A DNA stretch of 64,000 nt. It comes from Candidatus Moraniibacteriota bacterium. Lineage in GTDB: Bacteria; Patescibacteriota; Minisyncoccia; Moranbacterales; GCA-2747515. Below are positions 50,055 to 60,859 of this stretch, piece by piece. The stretch lies in NCBI GenBank assembly GCA_038208115.1, contig JBBQZC010000001.1, positions 13,977 to 77,976 of the forward strand. The letters run 5' to 3'. Under the pieces are notes generated by a model. It ran no database searches, had not been told where the DNA came from, and saw only the letters and a list, made by a program, of their open reading frames with translations. The translations under genes were made by a program, and so were the position numbers. Position 1 is the first letter of the stretch, and each line of letters begins with the position of its first letter.

Positions 50055-50150
50055 CTTTGCCGCTGAACGTTTTTTACTCACATTTTTCTGTGCCAATTTT
50101 TGTCGTACCATAAGCATTGCATCAATTATAATTACACGTTGATTAAATTT

Positions 50151-50753
50151 TTAGAAATAGTGAAGACGACTCGCAGGCCATGCTCGCAACAATACTTTTC
50201 CGATTATTGCCTCTTTATTCAATGGTCCTGACATACGTGAATCACTACTGGCAGGTCGATTGTCACCTAAAACATAATATTCATCTTCTGATAAAATAAC
50301 TTTTTGTGAACCATTTGTTTTACGTCCGTCAGGAAGATATGCACCCTCTTCTAAAACAAAACCATTTGGATTTTCTGCATTTGTGATAATAACCTCTCCA
50401 TTATCGATCTCGACTGTTTCACCTGGTAATCCGACAATTCTTTTGATATAAAATTGCTTCTCATCATGCCATGATCGAAATACGACGACATCCTCTCTTT
50501 TAAGATTTTTATGTGACTCAACTGTCATAAGATCCTTTCCAAGTATCCGTATTGGCGTACTTTTATAACCAAATTCATTGATTACGAGGTATTCCTTTTC
50601 ATGGAAATTTGGCTCCATACTCGCCCCGCGCACAATGAATGGCTGAAATAAAAACATCCGCACTGGCACGATAATCACCAAAGCTAAAAAAAACATCTTT
50701 ACAACTTCAATGATAAAATCCTTCATGTTTTCCTGCTCATGTTGTTCAATCAT
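50151..50753 (-). CDS. lepB: Signal peptidase I (LepB, S26A)
   Basis: RGASMEPNF (Ser box), KRIVGLPGE (Lys box) and LGDNRPASSDSR. Confidence 0.85.
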   Translation of the reverse strand: MIEQHEQENMKDFIIEVVKMFFLALVIIVPVRMFLFQPFIVRGASMEPNFHEKEYLVINEFGYKSTPIRILGKDLMTVESHKNLKREDVVVFRSWHDEKQFYIKRIVGLPGETVEIDNGEVIITNAENPNGFVLEEGAYLPDGRKTNGSQKVILSEDEYYVLGDNRPASSDSRMSGPLNKEAIIGKVLLRAWPASRLHYF

Positions 50754-51097
50754 ATATATTGTTTTTATCTATTTTTTAACCATACAGTATAGAAGCACTT
50801 TTGCACATTGTACAAAAGAATTCTACTGTAAACGGAGTTATCATATCACATTTTTTGCTTATGTGCAAACGTTCACACCAACATCACATCTTCAATTATA
50901 TACAGCACTACAATACTGTTTGTTTTTTCTTTCGCGATGATTATGTGTCATTCTCAGTTGTGATTGCAGACACATGACAATGAGAGGCATCATCCTGATC
51001 ATTTATATTTCTATAGACGCTCTCAATCATCAAAAACGCACGATTTTCATGATGAACTCCTAAAAAAAATCCGGACATCGTAGTCCGGATTATTTTT

Positions 51098-51370
51098 TTA
51101 TTCAATGATTGCGATAACGTCTTTTGCATTCACAATTACATAGCTTATTTTTTCAAATGTAACTTCCTCTCCACCATATTTTTTAAATATGACAACGTGA
51201 CCTTTTTTTACTTTAATCTTTTCACTGTCTCCGATTGCTATCACCGTTCCTTGTTGAGAAGGCTCATTTGTTGCATTTTCTGGGATATAGATTCCTGAAG
51301 CAGTCTTTGCCTCTGGTGTTACCATTTTGATTAACACATTTTCACCTAGCGGTGTAATTTTTGTACTCAT
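51098..51370 (-). CDS. groES: Co-chaperonin GroES
   Basis: MSTKITPLGENVLIK...GIYIPENA... matches the Cpn10 fold. No groEL is adjacent. Confidence 0.8.
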   Translation of the reverse strand: MSTKITPLGENVLIKMVTPEAKTASGIYIPENATNEPSQQGTVIAIGDSEKIKVKKGHVVIFKKYGGEEVTFEKISYVIVNAKDVIAIIE

Positions 51371-51484
51371 ATCGCATTTTTTTACTAATAAAATTATATT
51401 ATACTTCGTATAGTATAACAAAAATTAGCACTCAGTCAAGTGAAGTGCTAATTTTATGCCACTGATGCTATTTTATACAAGACC

Positions 51485-52783
51485 TTACTTCACGCTCATT
51501 TTTTGCTTAACAATTTCAATTGCCTTATCGAGCTGTGGGTCTTGATTATTTTTGTAATTTTCTTCTGTGTATTCTACAACCTCATCAGGATCAATGCCTT
51601 TTTTGTTAATTTGATCACCATTCGGTGTAAGCCATTTAGCCACTGTGATTTTTGCTGCAGTGGTTGTGCTTGTTGGTATCAACTCTTGCACTGATCCTTT
51701 CCCATATGATTTTTTTCCAATGAGTACCACATCTTCACGATGATCACGAAGTGCTCCCGCCAAAATTTCTGATGCACTTGCACTACCTTCATTGATTAAA
51801 ACCACTACAGGCATATCGAGAAATGGATGCGCCCCTGAAGTATATAAATTTGTACGCTTGTCTTGTGCATCTTGTTCGATCACAACAACAGAATTATCTG
51901 GTAAAAATTTACTCGCAATCACCGTAGCTGTGTGCAATATGCCACCTGGATTATTTCGTACATCTACGATAATAGCTTTTGACCCATGATTCATCACATC
52001 AGAAATTGCCTGATTAAATTCGCGAATAGTATTTTCACCAAATTGTAATATTTTAATCTGAGCAATATCTCCTTCTAAAAATGATACTCGCACACTATCC
52101 AAACGGATTGTATCACGCAAAACAACAATCTCCTGTGTATCGCCGACACCATCATTTAATCGAAATATGCGCAATTTTAACTCCGTCCCCTTTGGGCCAC
52201 GCATTTTTTTAACCGCCTCATCTATCGTCATATCTGATGTTGTTTGACCATCAATCTCCACAATCTTATCACCTGCACGAATACCCGCTTTTTGCGCTGG
52301 GGAATCTTCGAGAGGTGTGACAATTGTGACAATATTGTCTTTCATATCGACTTCTGCTCCAATTCCTTCAAAGCTACCGTTCAATTCTTCATTAAGAGCA
52401 CTAAACTGCTCTGAATCGAGAAATACGGTATATGGATCACCTGTTGCAGATAACATCCCATTGATCGCACCATTGATCATATCTTCCGCCTTCAATTGAT
52501 CATGATCAACATATTTCTCTTTAACCAAATCCCACACATCCCAAAATAGAGCAAAATCTACGTTTTTATCTCCATCTTTATTTTCCACAACAGCGAGATC
52601 AAAGGGCACATTTTTCTCTCCATGATCTTTACCGATACTAAATCCGAAAATAAAGAATATTCCCGAAAAAAATACTGCGATAAGCATTGTTAAAATATGT
52701 GACGTGATCTTGCTTTTTTTATGCGCTTTTACGACTACTTCCTTATTAATTTCTTGATCCATTTTTTTATTATAAATTTTCAA
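51485..52783 (-). CDS. ctp: C-terminal processing (tail-specific) peptidase, S41 family with PDZ domain
   Basis: N-terminal TM, a PDZ region (GIRAGDKIVEIDG) and the S41 catalytic region (LINEGSASASEI...GKKSYGKGSVQ). Confidence 0.85.
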   Translation of the reverse strand: MKIYNKKMDQEINKEVVVKAHKKSKITSHILTMLIAVFFSGIFFIFGFSIGKDHGEKNVPFDLAVVENKDGDKNVDFALFWDVWDLVKEKYVDHDQLKAEDMINGAINGMLSATGDPYTVFLDSEQFSALNEELNGSFEGIGAEVDMKDNIVTIVTPLEDSPAQKAGIRAGDKIVEIDGQTTSDMTIDEAVKKMRGPKGTELKLRIFRLNDGVGDTQEIVVLRDTIRLDSVRVSFLEGDIAQIKILQFGENTIREFNQAISDVMNHGSKAIIVDVRNNPGGILHTATVIASKFLPDNSVVVIEQDAQDKRTNLYTSGAHPFLDMPVVVLINEGSASASEILAGALRDHREDVVLIGKKSYGKGSVQELIPTSTTTAAKITVAKWLTPNGDQINKKGIDPDEVVEYTEENYKNNQDPQLDKAIEIVKQKMSVK

Positions 52784-53591
52784 TTATTTTTGGGACTGGT
52801 CTACCTCGATATTTCTTAAAATATTTTATACCACTTGCAATATGAATCCACGTCAGCCGATTAAACAGTAGCCCCTTCAATATACCACCTTTTGCACTGC
52901 CCTTTCCATAAAAATGATACATTGTTACTTGTGGATTATAGCATACAATATATCCTTTTTCCCAAAATCGTCGACACCAGTCAACATCTTCCATATACAT
53001 GAAAAAACGCTGATCCATCTTACCGACATCTTCCATCGCCGACCGTCGCACAAACATTGCACTTCCGATCACCCACTCTACTGGATACGGCTCTGACCTA
53101 TTCACATCTTTCATTTCAAAATGTGCAAGATGCTTTTGTGCAAAAAGAAAGCGCTTTAAAAATGTACGACGATACACAATTGTCATCGGTTGATAAAAGC
53201 GAAATCGTGTATTTTCATATTTACCGTTGAAATTCTTTTGTTTTGGTGCACAAAGACCGACGCGTGTGTGTGCATCCATAAACTCTATAAGACGAGAAAC
53301 TGTTTCTTTTTCTAAAACTGTATCGGGATTGATGAAAAAAACATATTCACCCTTTACTCTGTCAATACATGCATTGACCATTGCACCAAATCCTACATTT
53401 TCTTTATGTGGAATAAAAATCGCCTCAGGAAAATCCTCTCGCATCATCATGATCATATCATCTTCCGTTGCACAATCAGCAACAATTAACTCATGATCGA
53501 TATTTTTACAATGTTCTCGAACAGACTGTAGACACAAAGAGAGCATTTCCGGATTTTTATAACTCTGCACTGCAATAGAAACTTTTGGCAT
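52770..53591 (-). CDS. Family-2 glycosyltransferase
   Basis: VSIAVQSYKNPEMLSLCLQSV... and FINPDT (DxD-like). Confidence 0.7.
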   Translation of the reverse strand: MPKVSIAVQSYKNPEMLSLCLQSVREHCKNIDHELIVADCATEDDMIMMMREDFPEAIFIPHKENVGFGAMVNACIDRVKGEYVFFINPDTVLEKETVSRLIEFMDAHTRVGLCAPKQKNFNGKYENTRFRFYQPMTIVYRRTFLKRFLFAQKHLAHFEMKDVNRSEPYPVEWVIGSAMFVRRSAMEDVGKMDQRFFMYMEDVDWCRRFWEKGYIVCYNPQVTMYHFYGKGSAKGGILKGLLFNRLTWIHIASGIKYFKKYRGRPVPKIIENL

Positions 53592-53666
53592 GAAATTTTA
53601 GTATACAAGTAAATCGTATTTTTGATATATGAAATTTTCATTGATAATAAACTGATGTACTATTTA

Positions 53667-54827
53667 TTAAATAATACTAGTAAATAGTTCTCGAATGCGA
53701 TCATATGAATCTCCGCGAGGCATAAGTATATATCCACGCTCATCACCCTCATGTGAATACAAAAGACCTTCTTCTGAGTTTTCCAAGACTTTGTGTGTCA
53801 CAGGAATATCATTACCCATCTTTTGATAAAGCTCAAAGAATCGTTGCATCTCCCAAAGCTCCATATCCGTATTTGTATTATCACTCAATGCGCCAATCAA
53901 CTCTTGCACCTTGCCAAAATCAGATAAAACTCCCATCGAAAAGGCTTTTGTCTTGATCTGTCCAATAACATCCTGTTGACGTCGCGCACGATCAAAATCA
54001 CTAGATGTTGCACGAGCACGCACATAACACAAAGCTCTATCACCATTAAGGATCGAAACACCCGCAGACACTTTGAACACACCGCCACACTCTTCTTGTG
54101 CATTATAACAGAGTGGGTATTGTGCAACTACCTTGCCACGGTCATTTGTTTTTGTCTCAAATTGCCCACTTTTTACAGTGAATACACGCGGATCACATAC
54201 TTTTGCCTCATGAAATTGCACTGGCTCGATGAACTCTTCTGCAAGATTGACTTCCACGCCACCCAAAGTATCCACGATCCTTTTAAATCCTTCAAAATTA
54301 ATCTCTACTGCATAATGCATTGGTTGACCAGTGATATCTTGCAGGATCTGTTTCATTGCTTCCATACCTTGACCATCACCTTTTTGCTCACCGTATGCAT
54401 ACACACCATTTATTTTTGTGTAATTTGTTGTTCCAGGAATTGTGACATAGAGATCACGTGGCACTGACACCATTGATGCCTTATATTCTTTATCACCTTC
54501 AGCATTCTCTGCAATACGAATACTCAAAATCATGATTGTATCCGCAAGTGTCCCACCACCAACAACGCCTTTTCCACGCATACCCAAAAGCACGACATTT
54601 ACACGCCCGTCCTTTTCACCGTCAATTTTATTTTCTGCAAGTGGTAAATTCTTCATCAAACTACCCAAAACATTACTATTTGGTGCAATCTTATCAATTA
54701 CTTTTACTGCAGCAAAAGCACAACCGCCAATAAGAAAAATACAAATAGCAGCAATTACAAGTCGCCTCTTTGTTTTACTTGCTTGCTGACCGTTTTTGGC
54801 ATTATTTTGTCGCGTATTTGGGATCAT
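53667..54827 (-). CDS. LytR-CpsA-Psr (LCP) family cell-envelope polymer transferase
   Basis: N-terminal TM, then VVLLGMRGKG...DTIMILSI...MVSVPRDLYV...INGVYAYG core motifs. Confidence 0.8.
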   Translation of the reverse strand: MIPNTRQNNAKNGQQASKTKRRLVIAAICIFLIGGCAFAAVKVIDKIAPNSNVLGSLMKNLPLAENKIDGEKDGRVNVVLLGMRGKGVVGGGTLADTIMILSIRIAENAEGDKEYKASMVSVPRDLYVTIPGTTNYTKINGVYAYGEQKGDGQGMEAMKQILQDITGQPMHYAVEINFEGFKRIVDTLGGVEVNLAEEFIEPVQFHEAKVCDPRVFTVKSGQFETKTNDRGKVVAQYPLCYNAQEECGGVFKVSAGVSILNGDRALCYVRARATSSDFDRARRQQDVIGQIKTKAFSMGVLSDFGKVQELIGALSDNTNTDMELWEMQRFFELYQKMGNDIPVTHKVLENSEEGLLYSHEGDERGYILMPRGDSYDRIRELFTSII

Positions 54828-54903
54828 AATTCTCTAAAATAAATATTACTATTGAATGATATGTAAAAAAGCGTCTTCTGCCTTGTATTCATAAAAAAAC
54901 ACT

Positions 54904-56028
54904 CTACTCAAGCGATTGATACAATCTCATGAGTTTTTGAGCAGAGATTCCCCATGAAAATCGATTTTCATGCGTCATCGTCAAAATATCACTTTTTATC
55001 TTATCATTATCTAAAACATCATACAACATTTTTTTACATTGGTCAAGACTCCTTGGATCAAAGAAAAAAACACCGCGATCCGCAATTTCTCGATGTGATG
55101 GAATATCACTCGCCACCACACACGTACCCATAGAACGTGCCTCTAAAATCGGTATACCAAAACCTTCATATAGAGATGGAAATACAAAAATTTCGGCGTT
55201 TTTATACAATACACACTTCTCTACATCTGGTGCATACCCTGTCAAAATGATGCGATTTTGTATATGTGGATATCGCGCAATCGCATTATCGATCGCACGA
55301 TCAAAATTATGTGATCGCTTACCTACTAATACGAGGAGAAGATCTTTTTTTTCTTGTGCAATTTCCGCAAAAGCCTCAATAAGAAATGGGATGTTTTTTC
55401 GTGGTTGCATCGTGCCAAGAGCCATAATATATCTTCCTGGCAATGTGTACTTCTCTCTCACAGACATTTCGTCGGTATGTGAATCACAATGCATACTTAC
55501 CGCGTTATAAATCACATGCACTTTTTCATTTGCACAATGATAATATTTTATGATTTCATCTTTGGTAAACTGCGACACTGCAATCACACAATGCGATTTT
55601 TTGATAGCATGCGGAATGAGCAGGTTAAGAAAAAAAGCATCTGTCTTTTTTATCATCTCTTTATGTACACGAAAAGATACATCATGAATATGTGTCACAA
55701 CTTTTACTGTCCTTGGCATAAAAAAAGGAATAATATATTGTGTGTGATAAATATCAATTTTTTCTCTTTTGCAGTATTGTGGTACGCTCCATAAGTTCCA
55801 TGTAAACTTATTCCCTGAACCGATTTGCACAACAATAAAATTTTTCTTTTGCACAATGCCAAGTCGATTGATCACATGTGCGAGATTTTCTGGTATACGT
55901 GTATCGATCAGTAAATGATATGTGTTTTTATCATCATAAAGCGCAAGATGGCGCACCAATTCAAAAAAGACCACCTCATCTCCCGTGCGTCCCTTTCCAA
56001 TATTTCGTATATCAATCGCGATTTTCAT
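54904..56028 (-). CDS. Family-4 glycosyltransferase
   Basis: FPSLYEGFGIPILEA (E-x7-E motif region). Confidence 0.75.
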   Translation of the reverse strand: MKIAIDIRNIGKGRTGDEVVFFELVRHLALYDDKNTYHLLIDTRIPENLAHVINRLGIVQKKNFIVVQIGSGNKFTWNLWSVPQYCKREKIDIYHTQYIIPFFMPRTVKVVTHIHDVSFRVHKEMIKKTDAFFLNLLIPHAIKKSHCVIAVSQFTKDEIIKYYHCANEKVHVIYNAVSMHCDSHTDEMSVREKYTLPGRYIMALGTMQPRKNIPFLIEAFAEIAQEKKDLLLVLVGKRSHNFDRAIDNAIARYPHIQNRIILTGYAPDVEKCVLYKNAEIFVFPSLYEGFGIPILEARSMGTCVVASDIPSHREIADRGVFFFDPRSLDQCKKMLYDVLDNDKIKSDILTMTHENRFSWGISAQKLMRLYQSLE

Positions 56029-56123
56029 ATAAAAATAAATCCTAATATTATTACAAGCATATCATATCTACACAAAGAAAAACAGGACCGTAGCGACGAC
56101 CCTGCTTAGTACATGTGCTTTTT

Positions 56124-56315
56124 TTAATCCAGTAGGATTATATTAGGAATATTTCCATTGTGCAAAAGTTGTCGATATTCCTCTGCATCCAATCTTGCGC
56201 GCAACGCACCGGTTTGTACATCAATTGCATGAAATTGTTTTGTTTCACCATGCATGATTATATTACACTCAAATACATTGTCGCCACAATCCACAGATAC
56301 CCAAGAAAGACTCAT
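56124..56315 (-). CDS. Small hypothetical protein
   Basis: 63-aa ORF between GT4 and the Wzy-like gene. Confidence 0.3.
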   Translation of the reverse strand: MSLSWVSVDCGDNVFECNIIMHGETKQFHAIDVQTGALRARLDAEEYRQLLHNGNIPNIILLD

Positions 56316-56376
56316 CGTGTTTCATCACCCCCTTCTGATTATTTTTTAAAAAAATCTTTTTGTGATATTCATAAAA

Positions 56377-57921
56377 TTACAACTTATTAAACAAAATTGC
56401 AACCATGCCAAAATAAATCCAGATAAATCCCAAAAACAATCCTGTGTTGAAAAAATTTGGCACTATGATCGCCACGGTACCTAAGATACCAAAAAGTGCA
56501 ACGGCATTAGTCATCATGTCATAATTCTGATAAAAAACATATCCAGATCGCATTATGATTACTATAAAAATGAGCATCAAAATTCCTGCTCCTATGATCC
56601 CAATAGATAATGCTGTTTCAAAGAAAATATTACTTGCATTTAGAGGCGTACCGCGTTCATCCGTGCCCAAAATGACACTACTGCTTCCCCACCCAGTACC
56701 TATCATCATATTTTCTTTGATCGAACGAAACGTTTTGGTATAAATCGTCTTTCTAATCGCAACTGTCGGATCATCACGATAGATCATAATAACTGGACGT
56801 CCTGCAGAAACTTCTGATGCAACTTCTTCCACATTTATATGACGGCATGCATACGCAGATAATTCATCGATTGATGTTATATGTCCTTTTCTTTCCAATG
56901 TTTCTGCATATTTTACATCATCACACGATACTGTAATTTCTTGCTGTCCCGTGCCAAGGCTCGAAACACGATCATCAAGTGCAAAATTGGTAACCTGGAA
57001 AACCGTAACAAAACCACTCCCCAGAAGCACTAAGCTACCTGTCCATAAAGCATGTCGAGCACACATTTTGTATTTCCTTTGTAAAAAAATAATACTGAGA
57101 TATATGACGCTAACAACGATCATCCCGAGCCACGCGCTGCGCGCAGCTGTGATGATGACTGCTGACACAATTGTAAAAGTTGCCCCATACAAAGCAATAT
57201 CAAAAAACTTCCATACATGTTTATGATGCGCATTATAATAGAGATATGCAAGACACATTGCAAAAACAAATACCAAATACATCCCAAGCCAATCTGGTTC
57301 CATAAATGTTGCATTTGATCTTCCAGGCATCACTTCATGTTGCATCAATCCCTGAAAATATAATACATTTTCACCAATCGCATATAATGCAATTACCCAT
57401 CCACTCCCTATCATAATCGGAAAAAGACCAAGCACATCCTTAATCTGCTTCACATAGACCCGAACAACAAAAAATAACACGCCATAAGATAAAAGAATGA
57501 TTGTTTGTCGTAATGAAATTCCGACATCCGTTGCACCTGCAAGGACGCCAAAGCTTAAACCAATAAATATACCGATGAGCGCATCTAGTGAATGCCACTT
57601 AAAAGTAATTTTTTGTCCACGCATATAGCGTGAGAAGATACCTATAAAGCATGCAATCCCAAAAAGCTGGTATGGTCGTAAGACTACAGAATAACTCGGC
57701 GGAATAAGTGTCATAATTTCCACAGGAATCACTGCAATAAACAATACAAAAGCAATGGCGGGTCGAAAAATTGAAAAAGCAATCACTGCACAAATGATAC
57801 TTATTGATACAAAAATATTTATATGAACAAGTACATCAAAATGATATATCCCCACAATCAAAAACAGTACCACCGTTGATAATATAGTAAGCATTCTCTT
57901 ATTTACTCCGTACGTATCCAT
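56377..57921 (-). CDS. O-antigen ligase/polymerase-like (Wzy/WaaL family) integral membrane protein
   Basis: About 12 TM helices with a large extracytoplasmic loop. Sits within a glycan locus. Confidence 0.55.
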   Translation of the reverse strand: MDTYGVNKRMLTILSTVVLFLIVGIYHFDVLVHINIFVSISIICAVIAFSIFRPAIAFVLFIAVIPVEIMTLIPPSYSVVLRPYQLFGIACFIGIFSRYMRGQKITFKWHSLDALIGIFIGLSFGVLAGATDVGISLRQTIILLSYGVLFFVVRVYVKQIKDVLGLFPIMIGSGWVIALYAIGENVLYFQGLMQHEVMPGRSNATFMEPDWLGMYLVFVFAMCLAYLYYNAHHKHVWKFFDIALYGATFTIVSAVIITAARSAWLGMIVVSVIYLSIIFLQRKYKMCARHALWTGSLVLLGSGFVTVFQVTNFALDDRVSSLGTGQQEITVSCDDVKYAETLERKGHITSIDELSAYACRHINVEEVASEVSAGRPVIMIYRDDPTVAIRKTIYTKTFRSIKENMMIGTGWGSSSVILGTDERGTPLNASNIFFETALSIGIIGAGILMLIFIVIIMRSGYVFYQNYDMMTNAVALFGILGTVAIIVPNFFNTGLFLGFIWIYFGMVAILFNKL

Positions 57922-57924
57922 ATT

Positions 57925-59076
57925 TTATATTGTACTCACTTCTCGAATCTTTTCAACAAATTTTGTCCAAGAAAAAATCTGCGCACGCTCTTTGCTTGCA
58001 TAGCTCATTTTTTCTTGTAATGCAGAATTTGTGATAATCTCTCGCATCGCATCACATAGTTGCGCATCATCATGGTTTACATAGCGGACTGCATCTCCAC
58101 CTACCTCACGGAGACTCGTATCACTAGATGTAATGACTGGCGTACCAATCGTCATAGCCTCTAATACTGGCATACCGAATCCCTCATATGACGAAGGAAA
58201 AATAAACACTTGCGCACCTTTATATAAAGCTGGTAAATCCACCTGATCCACAAAACCGAGAATCTTGACATGATCTACCAATCCAAGATCATAAACAACT
58301 TGCTCCACATCTGTGATCAGCGGAGCTAAGTGCGGCAATAATTTACCCGACACAACTAAATCTGGTGCATTAGGAATCTGTTCTCTCAACATTTTGTACG
58401 CACGCAATGTACGATCTACATTTTTACGCACTTCCAATCCGCCACCAGTATACATGTATTTTTTATACGCTAAATTATATTTCTGCATCACGTGTTGTAT
58501 TTCATCATCCACAACGTCCCTTGTAAATATTGGATCCACCGCTATTGGAGCAACTGTGATTTTTGTCGCTTTAATATTTAATTTATCTTCAAGATCGCTC
58601 TTTGTGTATTCTGATACGGCAACAATGGAGCTGGCAGAATACATCCCTATTTCAACACGCTCCCAATACAATTTCTTACGCAAATTATTTATATATTCTG
58701 GGCACGCATGTGGAATCACATCATGCACGATCATTACATGTTTCATGTCAATATATTTAATCACTGTTGCTGACTGATACAAGCTAATAAATACATCACA
58801 ATGATCACGATGTGCTTTATGCAGAAGACTATATTTTTCCCACAGTAATTTCCGAAACAAATCATCTCGACGATAAAACGGCAAAAAAGATCTCACAATA
58901 AAATTCTTTGGCAATTTTATATCAATAGGATCTTCGGTGTAAATAAAAAATTTATGATTTCTCAATGAACGATTTGATTTTACTTGTTTTGCAAGTTCTG
59001 TAAGGAAATGCAAAGTCACTTGACCAATGCCATTTCCTGGCTTTCGCAGAAATGATGCGTTAATACCAATATTCAT
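57925..59076 (-). CDS. Family-4 glycosyltransferase
   Basis: FPSSYEGFGMPVLEAM. Confidence 0.75.
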   Translation of the reverse strand: MNIGINASFLRKPGNGIGQVTLHFLTELAKQVKSNRSLRNHKFFIYTEDPIDIKLPKNFIVRSFLPFYRRDDLFRKLLWEKYSLLHKAHRDHCDVFISLYQSATVIKYIDMKHVMIVHDVIPHACPEYINNLRKKLYWERVEIGMYSASSIVAVSEYTKSDLEDKLNIKATKITVAPIAVDPIFTRDVVDDEIQHVMQKYNLAYKKYMYTGGGLEVRKNVDRTLRAYKMLREQIPNAPDLVVSGKLLPHLAPLITDVEQVVYDLGLVDHVKILGFVDQVDLPALYKGAQVFIFPSSYEGFGMPVLEAMTIGTPVITSSDTSLREVGGDAVRYVNHDDAQLCDAMREIITNSALQEKMSYASKERAQIFSWTKFVEKIREVSTI

Positions 59077-59253
59077 AATACGCCCCTATTCAATTATTAT
59101 TGATAATCCATAAAATGAATGTAAAACTTTCACTTATCATTATACACCCTTATACATCCACACTCAAACGTATAGTTTTACACACTTTTGTAAATATAGC
59201 AAAATACTGTATGATGTAGTGAAGTATAAATAATAATCTATAAATATAACCTT

Positions 59254-60528
59254 ATGAATACACAAACAGTTGCTGTAATTGGACTTGGCTATGTGGGACT
59301 CCCCCTCGCTGTACGCGCAAAGGAGCGTGGTTATCATGTGATTGGCATCGAGCTCGATAAACACAAAATTGCATTGATTAACAAGAATATTTCCCCAATA
59401 GAAGAAAAATATCTCCATGACAATCTCCCATTATTTCCCATTTCCGCGACCGATGATGCAAAGGAGATTAAGAAAGCTGACATTGTGCTCATTTGTGTCC
59501 CTACGCCTGTCGACAAACTTTATAATCCTGATCTTTCACCTGTGATAGGCGCATGTGAAATGGCAGCAAAAAATCTCAAAAAGGGCGCACTTGTCGTTCT
59601 TGAATCCACTGTAAATCCTGGAGTCTCGGAGGAAATTGTACGTCCAATATTCGAGGAACATGGCTTTACGATCGGCACAGATGTATTCATCGCCCATTGT
59701 CCAGAACGTATCAATCCTGGTGATCCCAAATGGAATGTCACAAATATTCCACGTGTTGTCGGTGCATTTACAAAAAAAGGACTTGAAAAAGCAATTAATT
59801 TTTACGAATCGATCGTTGATGCCACAATTCGACCGATGAAACACATCCGTGAAGCAGAAGCCTGTAAGGTTGTTGAAAATTCTTTCCGAGATATCAACAT
59901 CGCTTTTGTCAATGAACTCGCAAAATCGTTTGACGCACTTGGCATTGATGTTAAGGATGTCATCGATGGAGCTAGCACGAAACCATTTGCATTTATGGCT
60001 CACTATCCATCTCGCGGCATCGGTGGACATTGTATCCCAGTTGATCCCTATTATTTGATCGAGCGAGCTAAGCGGGCTGGCTTTGATCACAAATTTCTCC
60101 GCACATCACGCGAAATCAATAATTCCATGCCGGCATACACCGTAGAACTCCTCCAGGATAAACTTAATCAGATCAAACTTCCGCTCAACGGTACAAACAT
60201 TGGCATCCTCGGCATTGCATACAAAGCAAATGTCGATGATGACCGAGAATCACCCTATTATGGTATAGTCACAGCACTTAAAAAACATGGTGCAAAGATC
60301 CATTCATTTGATCCTCACATTCTCAAAAAATCGTCTGTCAAAACTCTTGGTGCACTCCTCAAAAAATCTACTGCGATCATTCTCGTCACGCATCATGCTG
60401 AGTTTGCAGAAGTCACTGGTGCACTCCTCAAAAAAAATGGTGTGAAAATAATCATTGATGGTATGAACGTCCTCGACAAAAAGGACATGGAAAAACATAA
60501 AATTATCTACAAAGGTATCGGCCGATAA
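59254..60528 (+). CDS. Nucleotide-sugar 6-dehydrogenase (UDP-glucose/UDP-ManNAc dehydrogenase family)
   Basis: VAVIGLGYVGLPLA (NAD fold), the catalytic Cys region GGHCIPVDPYY and a C-terminal UDP-binding domain. Confidence 0.85.
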   Translation: MNTQTVAVIGLGYVGLPLAVRAKERGYHVIGIELDKHKIALINKNISPIEEKYLHDNLPLFPISATDDAKEIKKADIVLICVPTPVDKLYNPDLSPVIGACEMAAKNLKKGALVVLESTVNPGVSEEIVRPIFEEHGFTIGTDVFIAHCPERINPGDPKWNVTNIPRVVGAFTKKGLEKAINFYESIVDATIRPMKHIREAEACKVVENSFRDINIAFVNELAKSFDALGIDVKDVIDGASTKPFAFMAHYPSRGIGGHCIPVDPYYLIERAKRAGFDHKFLRTSREINNSMPAYTVELLQDKLNQIKLPLNGTNIGILGIAYKANVDDDRESPYYGIVTALKKHGAKIHSFDPHILKKSSVKTLGALLKKSTAIILVTHHAEFAEVTGALLKKNGVKIIIDGMNVLDKKDMEKHKIIYKGIGR

Positions 60529-60536
60529 TAACCTAC

Positions 60537-60572
60537 AAAAAACAAGCATGCATCATAATGCTTGTTTTTTGA
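60537..60572 (+). terminator. Intrinsic terminator after the dehydrogenase gene
   Basis: AACAAGCAUGCAUCAUAAUGCUUGUUUUUU. Confidence 0.6.
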
Positions 60573-60621
60573 TGTGAAAAATAAAAAAATCAACTCTTAC
60601 GCGGAAGAGTTGAAATAAAAC

Positions 60622-60717
60622 GGTGTGTGACGACACCTGAGCCCACAAAAATTAGGAGGTTTCTTAGGAGAAAGAACGATCGGAAGATATTGACTCAAAA
60701 AAAGTGGCGTCACACAC
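60622..60717 (+). promoter_or_regulatory. Structured 5' leader element upstream of the GT2/GT4 operon (class unknown)
   Basis: A perfect 10-bp long-range stem GUGUGUGACG...CGUCACACAC encloses about 75 nt with internal hairpins and AGGAGG-like tracts, 140 nt before the GT2 start. Confidence 0.35.
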
Positions 60718-60859
60718 AATCACAACAAGTCTTCCAATTTATAAATGAGTATACATTATATGTTATACTTTGTCAAGTATCGACTCCTAGTGTACAATGG
60801 TCTATAGACATTGATAGAAAAACTGTGTATCATAACTCATCATTCATAAATATCACAAT

